NCBI GenBank assembly: GCA_963999845.1
Contig: CAXEVV010000005.1
Location: 3,835-67,834, forward strand
DNA from: an uncultured Rhodobacterales bacterium
Lineage (GTDB): Bacteria > Pseudomonadota > Alphaproteobacteria > Rhodobacterales > Rhodobacteraceae
Length of the DNA: 64,000 nucleotides
Reading direction: 5' to 3'
This document shows positions 1 through 10,605 of this stretch, piece by piece. The translations under genes were made by a program, and so were the position numbers. Every line of letters begins with the position of its first letter. Within the stretch, counting starts at the first letter, position 1. The notes under the pieces are model-generated. The model made no database searches and was not told the origin of the DNA. It saw only the letters and a list, made by a program, of their open reading frames with translations.

Positions 1-434
1 TGAGGGTCATTTGCAGAGATGTTCAACGTGATGTAGTAAAAGATCTCCCTACTCACTTGGACTTTATGAGGCTTCGCAGGACCACAAAAATTAACTTATT
101 TATAACAGTCGAGTTTATCAACGAAGGAGGCGCACCAGGTCTGAAACGAGGGGGTGTTTTAACCGTTGTGCGACCAGAGGTTGAGCTCGTCGTTACCGCT
201 GCAGAAATACCAGAAAAAATTACGGTAGATCTTGATGGACTTGATATCGGCGATGTTATTTCCATTTCATCAGTAACATTACCAGATGGTGCGAAACCTA
301 CAATTGACCGTGACTTTGTGATTGCAAACATATCTGCGCCTTCTAGCTTAAGGTCATCAGGAAGTGATGATGATGAAGACGCTCCAGAAGAAGAGACGTC
401 GACTGACACAGAAGAAACAGCAACAGAAGAATAA
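1..434 (+). CDS. rplY: 50S ribosomal protein L25/Ctc, C-terminal part (5' end upstream of window)
   Basis: Frame 3 is open from the window edge (..[19 protein letters not shown]..). It shows an L25/Ctc-type beta-domain followed by an acidic D/E/T-rich tail. Located directly upstream of pth, the usual synteny. Confidence 0.85.
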   Translation, partial: RVICRDVQRDVVKDLPTHLDFMRLRRTTKINLFITVEFINEGGAPGLKRGGVLTVVRPEVELVVTAAEIPEKITVDLDGLDIGDVISISSVTLPDGAKPTIDRDFVIANISAPSSLRSSGSDDDEDAPEEETSTDTEETATEE

Positions 435-456
435 TTAACAACAGTATGTTTTTTAT

Positions 457-489
457 AAGGGCGGTACTGGGTATCGCCCTTTTTCTTTG
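457..489 (+). terminator. Rho-independent terminator-like hairpin after rplY
   Basis: aagggcg (457-463) pairs with cgccctt (475-481) across an 11-nt loop, followed by tttttcttt. Confidence 0.5.
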
Positions 490-539
490 CAAACCTTCCG
501 TCTATGCTAATGGAAATTAGTTATTTGCAGGGTTGCACC

Positions 540-1229
540 ATGAAGCTATTTGTTGGGCTGGGAAATCCAGGCGAAAATTATTCTAAAAATCGCCATAATA
601 TTGGTTTCATGATAGTTGATGCGATCGTAAACCATTACGGAGGATCAGCTTGGAAAAAAAAATTTCAAGGTGTGGTAAGCGAAGTCACATTAGAAAAAGA
701 AAAAATCATTTTTTTAAAACCATCGACATTTATGAACCTATCCGGTCAATCAGTAAGTGAAGCCTCTAGATTTTATAAAATTCAACCCTCTGAGATATGT
801 GTTTTCCATGACGAGCTGGACTTACCCTTTTTAAAGCTAAAAACAAAAATTGGCGGTGGGCATGCTGGGCATAACGGTCTGCGTTCAATTCAGCAGCACT
901 TAGGCCCTGATTATTTCAGAGTACGCGTGGGAATTGGGCATCCAGGAGAAAAGTCCCAGGTTGCTTCTTACGTCTTAAACAATTTTCCTAAAAACAATGA
1001 AACTGATTTAAGTATTTTGCTGCAAAGCATCTCAGAAGGTTTTCCTGAGCTGATCAAAGGAAAGCAAGAAAACTTTTTGAACATCATAAATAGAAATAGA
1101 CATTCAACAAAAAAATTATCAGATACCAAAAAAGTGGCGACAAACCATTCTTCTGGAAATCCCGTTTCGGATAAAAATGATGATAAAAAGAAAAGCGCTC
1201 TAGAGCGTTTGATTGAAAAATTCCGGTGA
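540..1229 (+). CDS. pth: peptidyl-tRNA hydrolase
   Basis: MKLFVGLGNPG.., RHNIGF, HDELD and GGHAGHNGLRS motifs. Start moved from the track's 504 to the ATG at 540 to match the canonical Pth N-terminus. Lys/Ser-rich C-terminal extension. Confidence 0.93.
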   Translation: MKLFVGLGNPGENYSKNRHNIGFMIVDAIVNHYGGSAWKKKFQGVVSEVTLEKEKIIFLKPSTFMNLSGQSVSEASRFYKIQPSEICVFHDELDLPFLKLKTKIGGGHAGHNGLRSIQQHLGPDYFRVRVGIGHPGEKSQVASYVLNNFPKNNETDLSILLQSISEGFPELIKGKQENFLNIINRNRHSTKKLSDTKKVATNHSSGNPVSDKNDDKKKSALERLIEKFR

Positions 1230-1324
1230 ACTCAAAACCTGAATTAGGCATATTCTGAATACTACCTGGATTATCTAAAAGTACAGTCTAGTTTCAATGA
1301 GACAAATAAATAAAAGGCAAATAA

Positions 1325-1708
1325 ATGAATAATGACTATGATATGGTGGAAAGTCTAAATGTCTTAGACGAAGAATTGCTTCCTTGTTCGCAGGACCCTT
1401 TAACCGGTTTTTTCCGAGATGCCCATTGCAACACATGCAAGGCAGACTTTGGCAGCCATACGGTTTGCGCGATAATGACAGAAGAGTTTTTAGCTTTTTC
1501 AAAATATGTGGGAAATGATCTTTCAACGCCTAATCCTGGATTTCAGTTTATGGGGCTTAAGCCGGGAGATCAGTGGTGTCTTTGTGCAAGTCGCTTCTTA
1601 CAGGCATATGACGAAGGTTGCGCTCCAAAAGTCAATTTAAGCTCAACACACAAAAAGGCTTTAGACATCATCCCTTTAGAAACATTAAAGAAATGCCAAG
1701 ATAGTTAG
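1325..1708 (+). CDS. DUF2237 family protein
   Basis: Conserved pattern NVL..L..C...PLTGFFRD..C.T...D.G.H.VCA..T.EFL.FS...GNDLSTP...F.GLKPGD.WCLCA.R. The start could instead be the ATG at 1343. Confidence 0.8.
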   Translation: MNNDYDMVESLNVLDEELLPCSQDPLTGFFRDAHCNTCKADFGSHTVCAIMTEEFLAFSKYVGNDLSTPNPGFQFMGLKPGDQWCLCASRFLQAYDEGCAPKVNLSSTHKKALDIIPLETLKKCQDS

Positions 1709-1735
1709 GTCTTAATTACCAAACCCCAGCAAAAA

Positions 1736-3097
1736 TTAATTAAATAGAAAGTCACCGACATTTATTGATCTGTAAATAGCTGCTAGTTTTTCTACCGCAT
1801 CTTTTGGCGGGAGTTCTTCTGAGTGACCGCTTTTTCTACTTGTTAGCTCCACCACTCCATTCTTCAGACCCCGTGGTCCAACCGTAAGGCGCCAAGGCAA
1901 ACCTATTAGATCCATCGTAGCAAATTTTCCACCTGCTCTTTCATTTCGATCGTCGTAAAGAGGTTCCAAACCTAATGCACTAAGTGATCTATAAAGTGCC
2001 TCGCACGCATCATCCGCCTCCGGGTCACCCTGCTTTAAATTTACAATGCCGCAATGGAAAGGAGTAACCCCCTCCGGCCAAATGATCCCGTTATCGTCAT
2101 GTGAGGCCTCAATTATAGCACCGATTAATCTCGATACACCAATTCCATGAGATCCCATATGTACAGGCATTTTATTTCCTGCGTCGTCCGTAACATAAGC
2201 TCCCATTGCTTCTGAATATTTCGTTCCAAAATAAAAAATCTGGCCAACTTCAATACCACGCGCACTTTTTTGCCTCTCCTTTGGAACCTTGGCAAATAAA
2301 TTTGGATCATGTGTTTCATCAGTTCGAGCGTATAGCGATGTAAATTCATCCAGAACAGCCTGACATGCAGATTTATCAGCGTAGTCGATATCACGGTCGC
2401 CAAAAGTCAAATCTGTTACCCTGGTGTCATAGAATACCTCTGACTCTCCTGTTTCAGCAAGTACAAGGAACTCATGCGTGTTGTCACCACCAATTGGACC
2501 ACTATCAGCCCTCATGGGGATAGCTTGTAATCCCATGCGCTCATAAGTCTTTAAGTAGCTAACGAGATGTCTATTATATGAATGTAATGCATCCTCTTTT
2601 GTTAAATCAAAATTATAACCATCCTTCATGTAAAACTCTCTGCCTCGCATAATTCCAAAACGAGGCCGAATTTCATCACGAAATTTCCATTGAATTTGGT
2701 ATAATGTGAGGGGTAGATCTTTATAACTTGAGACATGCGATCTAAATATATCAGTCACCATTTCTTCTGCGGTTGGAGTGTATAATAAATCACGATCTTG
2801 CCTATCTTTTATCCTTAACATTTCCTGACCATAATCGTCATATCGACCACTCTCACGCCACAAATCTGCAGATTGTATAATTGGCATTTGTATTGGTATG
2901 TGATTAGCCTTGATCTGCTCTTCATGAACAATATTTTCAAGTTTACGCAGAACCTTAAACCCAAGTGGCAACCATGAATAAATACCAGCCGCTTGCTGCT
3001 TAATCATTCCGGCTCGCAACATTAACCTGTGAGAAACCACTTGTGCTTCTGCTGGGGTCTCTTTTAAAACTGGTAGAAAATAACGAGAAAGCTTCAT
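1736..3097 (-). CDS. proS: proline--tRNA ligase (short alphaproteobacterial type without INS editing domain)
   Basis: [32 protein letters not shown].. N-terminus and class II motifs ([21 protein letters not shown]). Start set at the ATG at 3097; the 34-codon upstream extension in the track is Cys/Leu-rich junk. Confidence 0.93.
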   Translation of the reverse strand: MKLSRYFLPVLKETPAEAQVVSHRLMLRAGMIKQQAAGIYSWLPLGFKVLRKLENIVHEEQIKANHIPIQMPIIQSADLWRESGRYDDYGQEMLRIKDRQDRDLLYTPTAEEMVTDIFRSHVSSYKDLPLTLYQIQWKFRDEIRPRFGIMRGREFYMKDGYNFDLTKEDALHSYNRHLVSYLKTYERMGLQAIPMRADSGPIGGDNTHEFLVLAETGESEVFYDTRVTDLTFGDRDIDYADKSACQAVLDEFTSLYARTDETHDPNLFAKVPKERQKSARGIEVGQIFYFGTKYSEAMGAYVTDDAGNKMPVHMGSHGIGVSRLIGAIIEASHDDNGIIWPEGVTPFHCGIVNLKQGDPEADDACEALYRSLSALGLEPLYDDRNERAGGKFATMDLIGLPWRLTVGPRGLKNGVVELTSRKSGHSEELPPKDAVEKLAAIYRSINVGDFLFN

Positions 3098-3244
3098 TAA
3101 ACAAAACCTTTGTGGATAGATGTAAGAGCAATAAGTAAGGTTTAACGAGTGTGTAAGACACAAACAAGAGCTGCACGATAAAAATACAACTTGAATCAAA
3201 TGCTTGTATGCGCGAATTATATAATAAGTATCTAGGAGGAAATT

Positions 3245-4315
3245 ATGGCTCTGCCGGTTAAAGATCAGATCAAATACTGGACAGTTGCTGCAGCATTATT
3301 GCTTATATTTTTATGGCTTTTGGGGGATATTTTACTCCCATTTGTTTTAGGAGCCGCTCTTGCATACTTACTTGATCCAATTGTTGATAGACTGGAACGC
3401 TTAGGAACCGGCAGGATTCTTGGGACTACACTGGTATTAGCAGCAGCATTTCTTGTCATCTTTTTTATATTCATTCTTCTTATACCACTGGCATTTGATC
3501 AAATGAGACTCTTTGCTACAGCTGCACCAGATCTTCTTATCATGGTACAAAAGCTTGTAGTTAATCAATTAGCATCCATATCTCCAGGATCTGAGGCGTT
3601 AAATTCCACCTTGTCAAATTTCTCAACAATAGCTCAGGAAAAATTAGGACTAATATTTGGAAGTTTAATGGCTTCCGCTATTTCAATTATAGATATCATA
3701 ATGCTGATGATAATTACCCCAGTCGTGGCCGTTTATCTTTTAGTAGATTGGGATCGCATCTTATTAAAGATTAATGATCTACTTCCCCTCGATCACGCTC
3801 CAGTTGTTCGAAGTTTAGCAGCAGAGATAGACAGCACTTTGTCCGCATTCGTCCGAGGCATGATTACAGTTTGCCTGATACTTGGCGTTTACTATGCAAC
3901 CGCCCTGACAATCATCGGGTTAGAATTTGGGCTTATAATTGGGTTGATAGCAGGTTTGGTGAGCTTCATTCCTTTTGTCGGTGCTTTGTTAGGCGGCATT
4001 TTAGCGATCGGACTAGCACTATTGCAATTCTGGGGAGAATTTCAAACAGTGGCTTTAGTTATTGGGATATTTATTGTTGGTCAAATATTTGAAGGTAATA
4101 TTTTAACCCCAAAATTAGTGGGTAATTCAGTAGGGTTACATCCGGTGTGGTTAATACTCGCTCTTTCCCTGTTTGGTGCCTTTTTTGGTTTTATTGGTTT
4201 GCTATTGGCGGTACCGTTAGCAGCAAGCACTGGCGTAATTTTGCGCTTTTTAGTAAAGAACTATAAAGTGAGTAGGCTCTATTTGGGCAACAATGGCAAC
4301 AAACCGGATGACTAA
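3245..4315 (+). CDS. AI-2E family transporter (PerM/UPF0118-like permease)
   Basis: Polytopic membrane protein with the typical AI-2E layout. AGGAGG lies 5 nt upstream of the ATG. Confidence 0.85.
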   Translation: MALPVKDQIKYWTVAAALLLIFLWLLGDILLPFVLGAALAYLLDPIVDRLERLGTGRILGTTLVLAAAFLVIFFIFILLIPLAFDQMRLFATAAPDLLIMVQKLVVNQLASISPGSEALNSTLSNFSTIAQEKLGLIFGSLMASAISIIDIIMLMIITPVVAVYLLVDWDRILLKINDLLPLDHAPVVRSLAAEIDSTLSAFVRGMITVCLILGVYYATALTIIGLEFGLIIGLIAGLVSFIPFVGALLGGILAIGLALLQFWGEFQTVALVIGIFIVGQIFEGNILTPKLVGNSVGLHPVWLILALSLFGAFFGFIGLLLAVPLAASTGVILRFLVKNYKVSRLYLGNNGNKPDD

Positions 4316-4985
4316 GCAGTTAGCATTTGATTTACCCTCACGCCCGGCACTAGGGAAAAGTGACTTTTTCATTTCTGACTGCAATTCGATGGCTGTAAAA
4401 TTAATGGAAGACTGGGAAAATTGGCCTAACCGACAACATATTTTATCTGGACCAGCCGGTTCTGGCAAAACTCATTTAGCACTTGTGTGGGCGAGGTCCA
4501 TGTCTGCGAATGTTATAAATATTTCCGACGTTGTTAATATCGATCTTCAAAAGGCACCCTCAGCATCTTTTGTAATAGAAAATATGGACGAGCAACCAGA
4601 AAACGTAGAATTAGAAAATAGGCTTTTTCATTTATTCAACATGCTGCTCGCGAACGGTTGTTACTTACTTCTTACAGGCAAGAAAGATCCAATATATTGG
4701 AAAATAGATCTACCAGACCTTCGTTCACGAGTTTTGGGAATGAGAAATGCACGATTACTTCCACCTGACGATAACTTATTTTTAGCCTTGATCGCCAAAC
4801 TTTTTGCGGACCGGCAAATTTTCCCAAAACCAGAAGTCCTACAGTACATTACCCGTCATAGTGAAAGAAGTTTTAGCACAGCAAGTCATTTGGTAGACTT
4901 TTTAGATAAAGTAGCTCTCAGTGAAGGGAAGAAAATCAGCCTTAAATTTACTGCATCAAATCTATGTAAGTTTAATGATTTGTAA
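4293..4985 (+). CDS. hdaA: DnaA regulatory inactivator HdaA
   Basis: About 230 aa, AAA+ Walker A SGPAGSGKTHLALVWA, DnaA-domain-III-like. Overlaps the 3' end of the permease gene; an alternative ATG lies at 4308. Confidence 0.8.
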   Translation: MATNRMTKQLAFDLPSRPALGKSDFFISDCNSMAVKLMEDWENWPNRQHILSGPAGSGKTHLALVWARSMSANVINISDVVNIDLQKAPSASFVIENMDEQPENVELENRLFHLFNMLLANGCYLLLTGKKDPIYWKIDLPDLRSRVLGMRNARLLPPDDNLFLALIAKLFADRQIFPKPEVLQYITRHSERSFSTASHLVDFLDKVALSEGKKISLKFTASNLCKFNDL

Positions 4986-5064
4986 CCACTAATTGATTGT
5001 TGACCCAACAATAATTGAATGCGAGACAGGTGTTGTTAAAAATGTGCAAAGGTAACTATAATAA

Positions 5065-6591
5065 ATGCAAGACCTTGCCGTAACCCCCCCTCTTTTCAAG
5101 GAGACAGTCTTCGATGATCCATCTATTCGAGATCTATCGAAGGTAGGCGTAATCGATATTGGCTCCAATTCAGTACGCTTAGTCGTATTTGATGGCGCCG
5201 CCCGATCACCGGCATATTTCTTCAATGAAAAAATAATGTGTGGGCTTGGTGTAGGCCTATCTCTGAACGGCAAACTAAATCCATCTGGACGTGTAAGAGC
5301 AATAGACGCGATAGCACGCTTTAAACACTTGGCATTATCCATGGGAATTCAAGAACTTACGGCCATAGCCACTGCAGCGGTTAGAACGGCTTCAGACGGA
5401 CAAGATTTCTGTAAAGAAGTTTTGGAAAAAACTGGGCAGTTTATTGCCGTGATTTCTGGCGAAGAGGAGGCCAAATTATCTGCTCAAGGCGTACTCACAG
5501 GTTGGCCAGGAGCATATGGATTAGTATGCGACCTGGGAGGGACATCACTAGAGCTGGCAGAGATCAGTAACGGCCAAGTCGGAAAATGTGCAAGCTCTGA
5601 GCTAGGTCCTTTAAAATTAATGGATATCAGCAAAAAAAAGGAACGTCTTGAATTTATAAAGTCCGAGTTATCCGATTTAGCTAAATCCTTTAGTCCTAGA
5701 AATAACCGATTATTCTTAGTTGGCGGATCATGGCGCGCACTCGCTCGCATAGATATGGAGCGATGCGACCACCCATTGAGAGTTTTGCACGAGTATCGAA
5801 TGGAAAAAAAAACCATCAAGGACTTGAAACACTTTATTAAGGATCAAGGCCTGGAAAATGTGGCAAAACAATGTTCAATTTCGGGGAACAGAATAATGTT
5901 TATTCCATACGCGATCGAAGTGCTTGAAAAACTATCTAATATTTTTAGATCCAAGGATATCGCCATATCAAGCTATGGAATCAGAGAAGGTATGTTGTAT
6001 GAAAAAATGCCACAGATGCTACGAGACAGAGATCCTTTGATTGAAGCCTGCCGATTTGCTGAAGCAAAAGACGCACGAGTGCCAGGAGCCGGAAAAGCAC
6101 TTTTTAATTTCGTGAAACCGCTTTTTTCAAATGCTAAAGACAGTGAAACTCGATTAATACAGGCGGCTTGTTTATTACATGATGTGTCTTGGCGCGCTCA
6201 CCCTGATTATAGGCACGAAGCCTGCTTTGATTATATAACGAGGGCTAATCTAGGTGGGTTGAAACACTCTGAGCGTGTTTTTTTGGGACTTTCTCTTTTG
6301 TTTCGCTATAAAAATAGTCATTCTCGCACTTCTTTTGATCCATTACTACGCCTGCTTAGTGCGCAGAAAATTAAAGATGCCGAAATACTAGGTAAAGCTA
6401 TGCGTTTGGGTGCAAACCTTTGGGTAGCTTCAACAAAGACTGAAACTTATTTGAAGTACTCCAAAAAGAAAAATAAATTATCACTTAAAATAAGTGAACT
6501 GGATAAAAAGCGGTTAGGCGAGGTTTCGCTTGTTAGACTAGAGTCACTAGCTAAATCACTTAGAGCAGTATCAGAAGTTTCTGACATTTAA
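5065..6591 (+). CDS. Ppx/GppA family phosphatase (exopolyphosphatase-like)
   Basis: ASKHA N-terminus VGVIDIGSNSVRLVVF, GGTSLEL, and a C-terminal HD-like region (LLHDVSW). Confidence 0.85.
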   Translation: MQDLAVTPPLFKETVFDDPSIRDLSKVGVIDIGSNSVRLVVFDGAARSPAYFFNEKIMCGLGVGLSLNGKLNPSGRVRAIDAIARFKHLALSMGIQELTAIATAAVRTASDGQDFCKEVLEKTGQFIAVISGEEEAKLSAQGVLTGWPGAYGLVCDLGGTSLELAEISNGQVGKCASSELGPLKLMDISKKKERLEFIKSELSDLAKSFSPRNNRLFLVGGSWRALARIDMERCDHPLRVLHEYRMEKKTIKDLKHFIKDQGLENVAKQCSISGNRIMFIPYAIEVLEKLSNIFRSKDIAISSYGIREGMLYEKMPQMLRDRDPLIEACRFAEAKDARVPGAGKALFNFVKPLFSNAKDSETRLIQAACLLHDVSWRAHPDYRHEACFDYITRANLGGLKHSERVFLGLSLLFRYKNSHSRTSFDPLLRLLSAQKIKDAEILGKAMRLGANLWVASTKTETYLKYSKKKNKLSLKISELDKKRLGEVSLVRLESLAKSLRAVSEVSDI

Positions 6592-7266
6592 TTACAAATT
6601 TTCGACAAGCTGTTCGTAGGCATTATTTATTTGGCTTAACTTGGTTTGAGCTAATTTGATAGCTTCTTCTGGCATACCCCTCGCAATAAGCTTATCGGGA
6701 TGGCATTCAAGGACTTTGTCTTTGTATGCTCTTTTGATTTCTTTAATGTTCGAGTAGGGTTCAACACCTAGAATTTCGTGAGCGTCCATTTCTACTTCTA
6801 CAAATCGCGCTTTTAATTTTAAAAAATCTCTGCCAGAAAAGCCAAATATTTCATTCACATTTTGTAAAAATTCATCCTCTTTCGGATGATACTCGCCATC
6901 AGCAAGTGAGATATGAAATAAGCTCTCCATAAGATCTAATAAAGTTTGGTGCCGCTCCCCAAACATCTTTCTAATTCTACGAGCATACACATCGTAACCA
7001 GCAACATCTTGCCTAGCCAAATCGAATACTTTTCCAGCTGCAGCCACCTCAGATTCAGGAATATGGAAAATCCTTCTAAATACTTTTACCTCTTCCTTTT
7101 TCACACTGCCGTCCGACTTAGCCATTTTTGCACCCAGAGCAATTACAGCAATTGTGAAAGCAACTGATTTTTCTGGTGGAGTTCTTAATTTTGAAAAAAT
7201 CTTCGCTAATGGTTCACCCTTAGCGAGCATCGAAATAGCGGTAGTTATTTTTGCCCAAATAGACAT
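6592..7266 (-). CDS. TerB-like domain + C-terminal J-domain co-chaperone (DjlA-like)
   Basis: C-terminal J domain with HPD (AYKDKVLECHPDK) and an N-terminal DjlA/TerB-like region. The N-terminus (MSIWAKITTAISMLAKGEPL) does not look like a strong TM helix. Confidence 0.75.
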   Translation of the reverse strand: MSIWAKITTAISMLAKGEPLAKIFSKLRTPPEKSVAFTIAVIALGAKMAKSDGSVKKEEVKVFRRIFHIPESEVAAAGKVFDLARQDVAGYDVYARRIRKMFGERHQTLLDLMESLFHISLADGEYHPKEDEFLQNVNEIFGFSGRDFLKLKARFVEVEMDAHEILGVEPYSNIKEIKRAYKDKVLECHPDKLIARGMPEEAIKLAQTKLSQINNAYEQLVENL

Positions 7267-7281
7267 TTGTAAGTTATTTCT

Positions 7282-7818
7282 TTAATCAGTTTGTAAAAAT
7301 TTTTGCATTAACGTTAAGTCGAGCCAAGTACCAAATTTATATCCAACTCTGGGGAGTTCAGCCACAACTTTGAACCCAAGAGATTCATGGAATTTAACCG
7401 CTTTGTTATTTAAACTGCTAACTCCAGCAAAAATTGATTGAAAATCTTTTGTTTTCGCGTCGTCTAATATCTTGCTCATAAGTGCTCTACCTAAACCCAA
7501 TCTCTGCTTATTGTCAGAAATAACAATAGTGTGTTCTAGGGTTTTTTCATAACCAACGCCATTTCTAAATTGAAAATATGTGGCAAATCCTATTACTTCG
7601 CCTTGGCACTCACTTACAAAAAAACCAAATCTTTTTTTAGTACTTTCCAGAATTTTTTCTATAATTTCGGTTTCAGTTTTAATTCTACTATTGAAGGTGT
7701 TGAAGGTATTGCTGATATTGTTATTCCAAATTTGCATGATGGCCACTGCATCTTCAATAGATGCACCGCGAATAACTATTTGATCATCACCATACCATTT
7801 GTTGGAGTTTCTATCCAT
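7282..7818 (-). CDS. GNAT family N-acetyltransferase (phosphinothricin-acetyltransferase-like)
   Basis: IRGASIEDAVAIMQIWNNNI and acetyl-CoA motif QRLGLGRALM. The only in-frame start upstream of the fold is the ATG at 7818, giving a 43-nt overlap with the upstream gene. Confidence 0.8.
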   Translation of the reverse strand: MDRNSNKWYGDDQIVIRGASIEDAVAIMQIWNNNISNTFNTFNSRIKTETEIIEKILESTKKRFGFFVSECQGEVIGFATYFQFRNGVGYEKTLEHTIVISDNKQRLGLGRALMSKILDDAKTKDFQSIFAGVSSLNNKAVKFHESLGFKVVAELPRVGYKFGTWLDLTLMQKFLQTD

Positions 7819-8396
7819 AGTTCATAAGACCCCGCTCCAGACGTATAAGCAAATTCGATACGTTGGTCAGATAATAATCCACTTAATAATGAACACAAGT
7901 TGTTAGCATGTTTGTGTTTTATTACTAACTTTTTCAAACTACATCCATTTTCTTTAAGCGTTTTACTGGGATGTTTTGAGACACCCCAGTCTATAAGTGC
8001 AGGCGCAAATCCCTCAAATGGAAGTATACCATTTTTAGGTACAGTTAAATTCCATCTTAGAGATCCCCGCGAAAGATCTAGTATATCTCCAATTTCAGGC
8101 ATTAAATCATGTGGCACAAAGCTACTAAAGTCAGCACTACAAACCCAGTTTGTTATTCTTGGATGGCCAGTGAAATTATCTAAATTGAACCATCTTGGAG
8201 TTCTCTCAGCTATCAAATCTGGAGAGATAGAAATCACTTCAAGATACGAAGTACCTAAAGAAATTAACTTATTGTGGGTACCAAAAAGCCGATGTTCACC
8301 CCCAGTTTCAGCTTTTATACCAAGCCTATCTTCAATAAATGCCTGGCCATCGTCTAAGCTCTCTGAAGAAATCACAATATGATCTAACTTTAACAT
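7776..8396 (-). CDS. VOC superfamily protein (Glyoxalase-like domain, Glyoxalase_3-type)
   Basis: MLKLDHIVISSESLDDGQAFIEDRLG..GGEH..GTHN..SLG.SYLEVISI pattern. Start set at the second ATG (8396). Confidence 0.75.
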   Translation of the reverse strand: MLKLDHIVISSESLDDGQAFIEDRLGIKAETGGEHRLFGTHNKLISLGTSYLEVISISPDLIAERTPRWFNLDNFTGHPRITNWVCSADFSSFVPHDLMPEIGDILDLSRGSLRWNLTVPKNGILPFEGFAPALIDWGVSKHPSKTLKENGCSLKKLVIKHKHANNLCSLLSGLLSDQRIEFAYTSGAGSYELWIETPTNGMVMIK

Positions 8397-8433
8397 TAGT
8401 GCCCTCAAAAGCCTACTTCATTTAATGACTTAA

Positions 8434-10563
8434 TTAGGCTTTCGCGAGCCTAATTAGGTCGAGTATCTTTGATGCAGCTTGAGGAATATTAGTTCCAGGG
8501 CCAAAGATTGCTTTAACACCCTTTTCGTAAAGAAACTCATAGTCTTGTTGAGGAATAACTCCCCCACAAATCACTAAAATATCCCCAGCATCGCGCTGAT
8601 TGAGAGATTCGATCAGTTTTGGGGCGAGGGTTTTGTGCCCTGCAGCCTGAGAAGAAATACCAATAACGTGCACATCATTGTCAATTGCATCCTGTGCAGC
8701 CTCATCAGGGGTCTGAAATAAAGGGCCTACGTCCACATCAAACCCAATATCTGCGAAGGCAGTTGCAATAACCTTAGCTCCTCGATCATGCCCGTCCTGA
8801 CCCATTTTTACGACCAACATTCGAGGGCGCCTACCCTCATCTTTCGCAAATTTTTCTAATTCAAGTTGAATGGCAATAAAGTCTTCATCGCCTTCATACG
8901 CTGCTCCATACACCCCTGCTAAAGTTTTAACTTCAGCACGATGACGACCAAAAACTTTTTCCATTGCCATTGAAATTTCTCCCACAGTCGCACGAGCACG
9001 CGATGCCTCAACTGCAGCTGACAGTAAGTTACCACCTCCAGCTGCAACCTTTTCTAAATGTGATAGAGCTTCAGAGCATTTTTTCTCGTTGCGGTGCTTT
9101 TTTATATTTTCTAAGCGAGTAACTTGTGCTTCTCTTACTGCATCATTGTCTATGTCGCGGATCTCAAGTTGATCTTCCTCATTTAGACGATATTTGTTGA
9201 CGCCCACTATCACTTGATCGCCCCTGTCGATATCAGCTTGACGCCTTGCCGCCGTTTCTTCTATTCGCAATTTTGGCATCCCAGCCGCTACGGCTTTTGT
9301 CATACCACCCATTTCATCAACTTCTTCTATTAATTCCCAAGCTGCATCCGCTAAATCTGCGGTTAACTTTTCGACATAATATGAACCAGCTAAAGGATCT
9401 ACAACATTGGACACACCCGTTTCCTCTTGTAAAATCAACTGCGTATTTCTAGCAATTCGGGCACTAAAATCTGTGGGAAGCGCCATAGCTTCGTCCAACG
9501 CATTTGTATGTAGTGACTGAGTTCCACCCAGAACGGCGGACATAGCCTCGTAGGCAGTGCGAATAACATTGTTATAGGGGTCTTGCTCTTGCAGTGATAC
9601 TCCTGATGTCTGACAATGAGTTCTCAACATTTTAGAACGTGGATTTTTAGCACCTAGCTCCGTCATAATTCTGTGCCAAAGAAGCCGTGCAGCTCGCAAT
9701 TTTGCTGACTCCATAAAGAAGTTCATCCCAATTGCGAAGAAGAATGATAAACGCCCAGCAAAAGCATCTATATCTAAACCTTTCTCAATGGCTTTTTTAA
9801 CATATTCTTTACCGTCAGCCAAAGTGTAGGCTAATTCCTGAACGAGGCTCGCACCAGCTTCTTGCATATGATAGCCCGAAATGGATATTGAATTAAATTT
9901 AGGCATTTCGTTAGACGTGTATTCAATGATGTCAGCTACTATTCTCATTGATGGTTCAGGAGGATAGATATAGGTGTTTCTAACCATAAATTCCTTCAGG
10001 ATATCATTTTGAATTGTCCCAGAGAGTTCTGACCTCTTATGCCCCTGCTCTTCTCCTGCAACAATAAAATTCGCTAAAACTGGAATTACTGCGCCATTCA
10101 TAGTCATAGAAACAGAAATTTTTTCTAAAGGGATCCCATCAAAAAGAATTTTCATATCTTCTACGCTATCAATTGCAACTCCAGCCTTACCTACATCGCC
10201 AATTACACGTTCGTGATCACTATCATAACCCCTGTGCGTTGCTAAATCAAAAGCAACTGAAACGCCTTGCTGTCCAGCCGCCAATCCACGTTTGTAAAAG
10301 GCATTAGACTCTTCTGCCGTAGAGTAACCAGCATATTGGCGGATTGTCCAAGGTCGACCAGTATACATTGTCGCCTTCACACCCCTTACATAAGGCTCAA
10401 AGCCTGGTAATTTACCCAGGTGTGCAAGCCCCTTAAGGTCTTCTTCAGAATAGACAGGTTTTACCTCTATGCCTTCAAGAGTTTTCCAATCTAACTCTTC
10501 AATAGGTCTTCCACGAAGTTCCTTTTCTGCTAGTTTTTGCCAGTCCACTCTACTTTGCGACAT
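8434..10563 (-). CDS. mcm: methylmalonyl-CoA mutase, large single-chain form
   Basis: 709 aa. N-terminal mutase barrel ([28 protein letters not shown]) and C-terminal B12-binding domain with DxHxxG ([11 protein letters not shown]). Confidence 0.95.
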   Translation of the reverse strand: MSQSRVDWQKLAEKELRGRPIEELDWKTLEGIEVKPVYSEEDLKGLAHLGKLPGFEPYVRGVKATMYTGRPWTIRQYAGYSTAEESNAFYKRGLAAGQQGVSVAFDLATHRGYDSDHERVIGDVGKAGVAIDSVEDMKILFDGIPLEKISVSMTMNGAVIPVLANFIVAGEEQGHKRSELSGTIQNDILKEFMVRNTYIYPPEPSMRIVADIIEYTSNEMPKFNSISISGYHMQEAGASLVQELAYTLADGKEYVKKAIEKGLDIDAFAGRLSFFFAIGMNFFMESAKLRAARLLWHRIMTELGAKNPRSKMLRTHCQTSGVSLQEQDPYNNVIRTAYEAMSAVLGGTQSLHTNALDEAMALPTDFSARIARNTQLILQEETGVSNVVDPLAGSYYVEKLTADLADAAWELIEEVDEMGGMTKAVAAGMPKLRIEETAARRQADIDRGDQVIVGVNKYRLNEEDQLEIRDIDNDAVREAQVTRLENIKKHRNEKKCSEALSHLEKVAAGGGNLLSAAVEASRARATVGEISMAMEKVFGRHRAEVKTLAGVYGAAYEGDEDFIAIQLELEKFAKDEGRRPRMLVVKMGQDGHDRGAKVIATAFADIGFDVDVGPLFQTPDEAAQDAIDNDVHVIGISSQAAGHKTLAPKLIESLNQRDAGDILVICGGVIPQQDYEFLYEKGVKAIFGPGTNIPQAASKILDLIRLAKA

Positions 10564-10605
10564 TACAATCTCCTAAAAATATATTTTGTGGTGAACATAA
10601 TTCGC

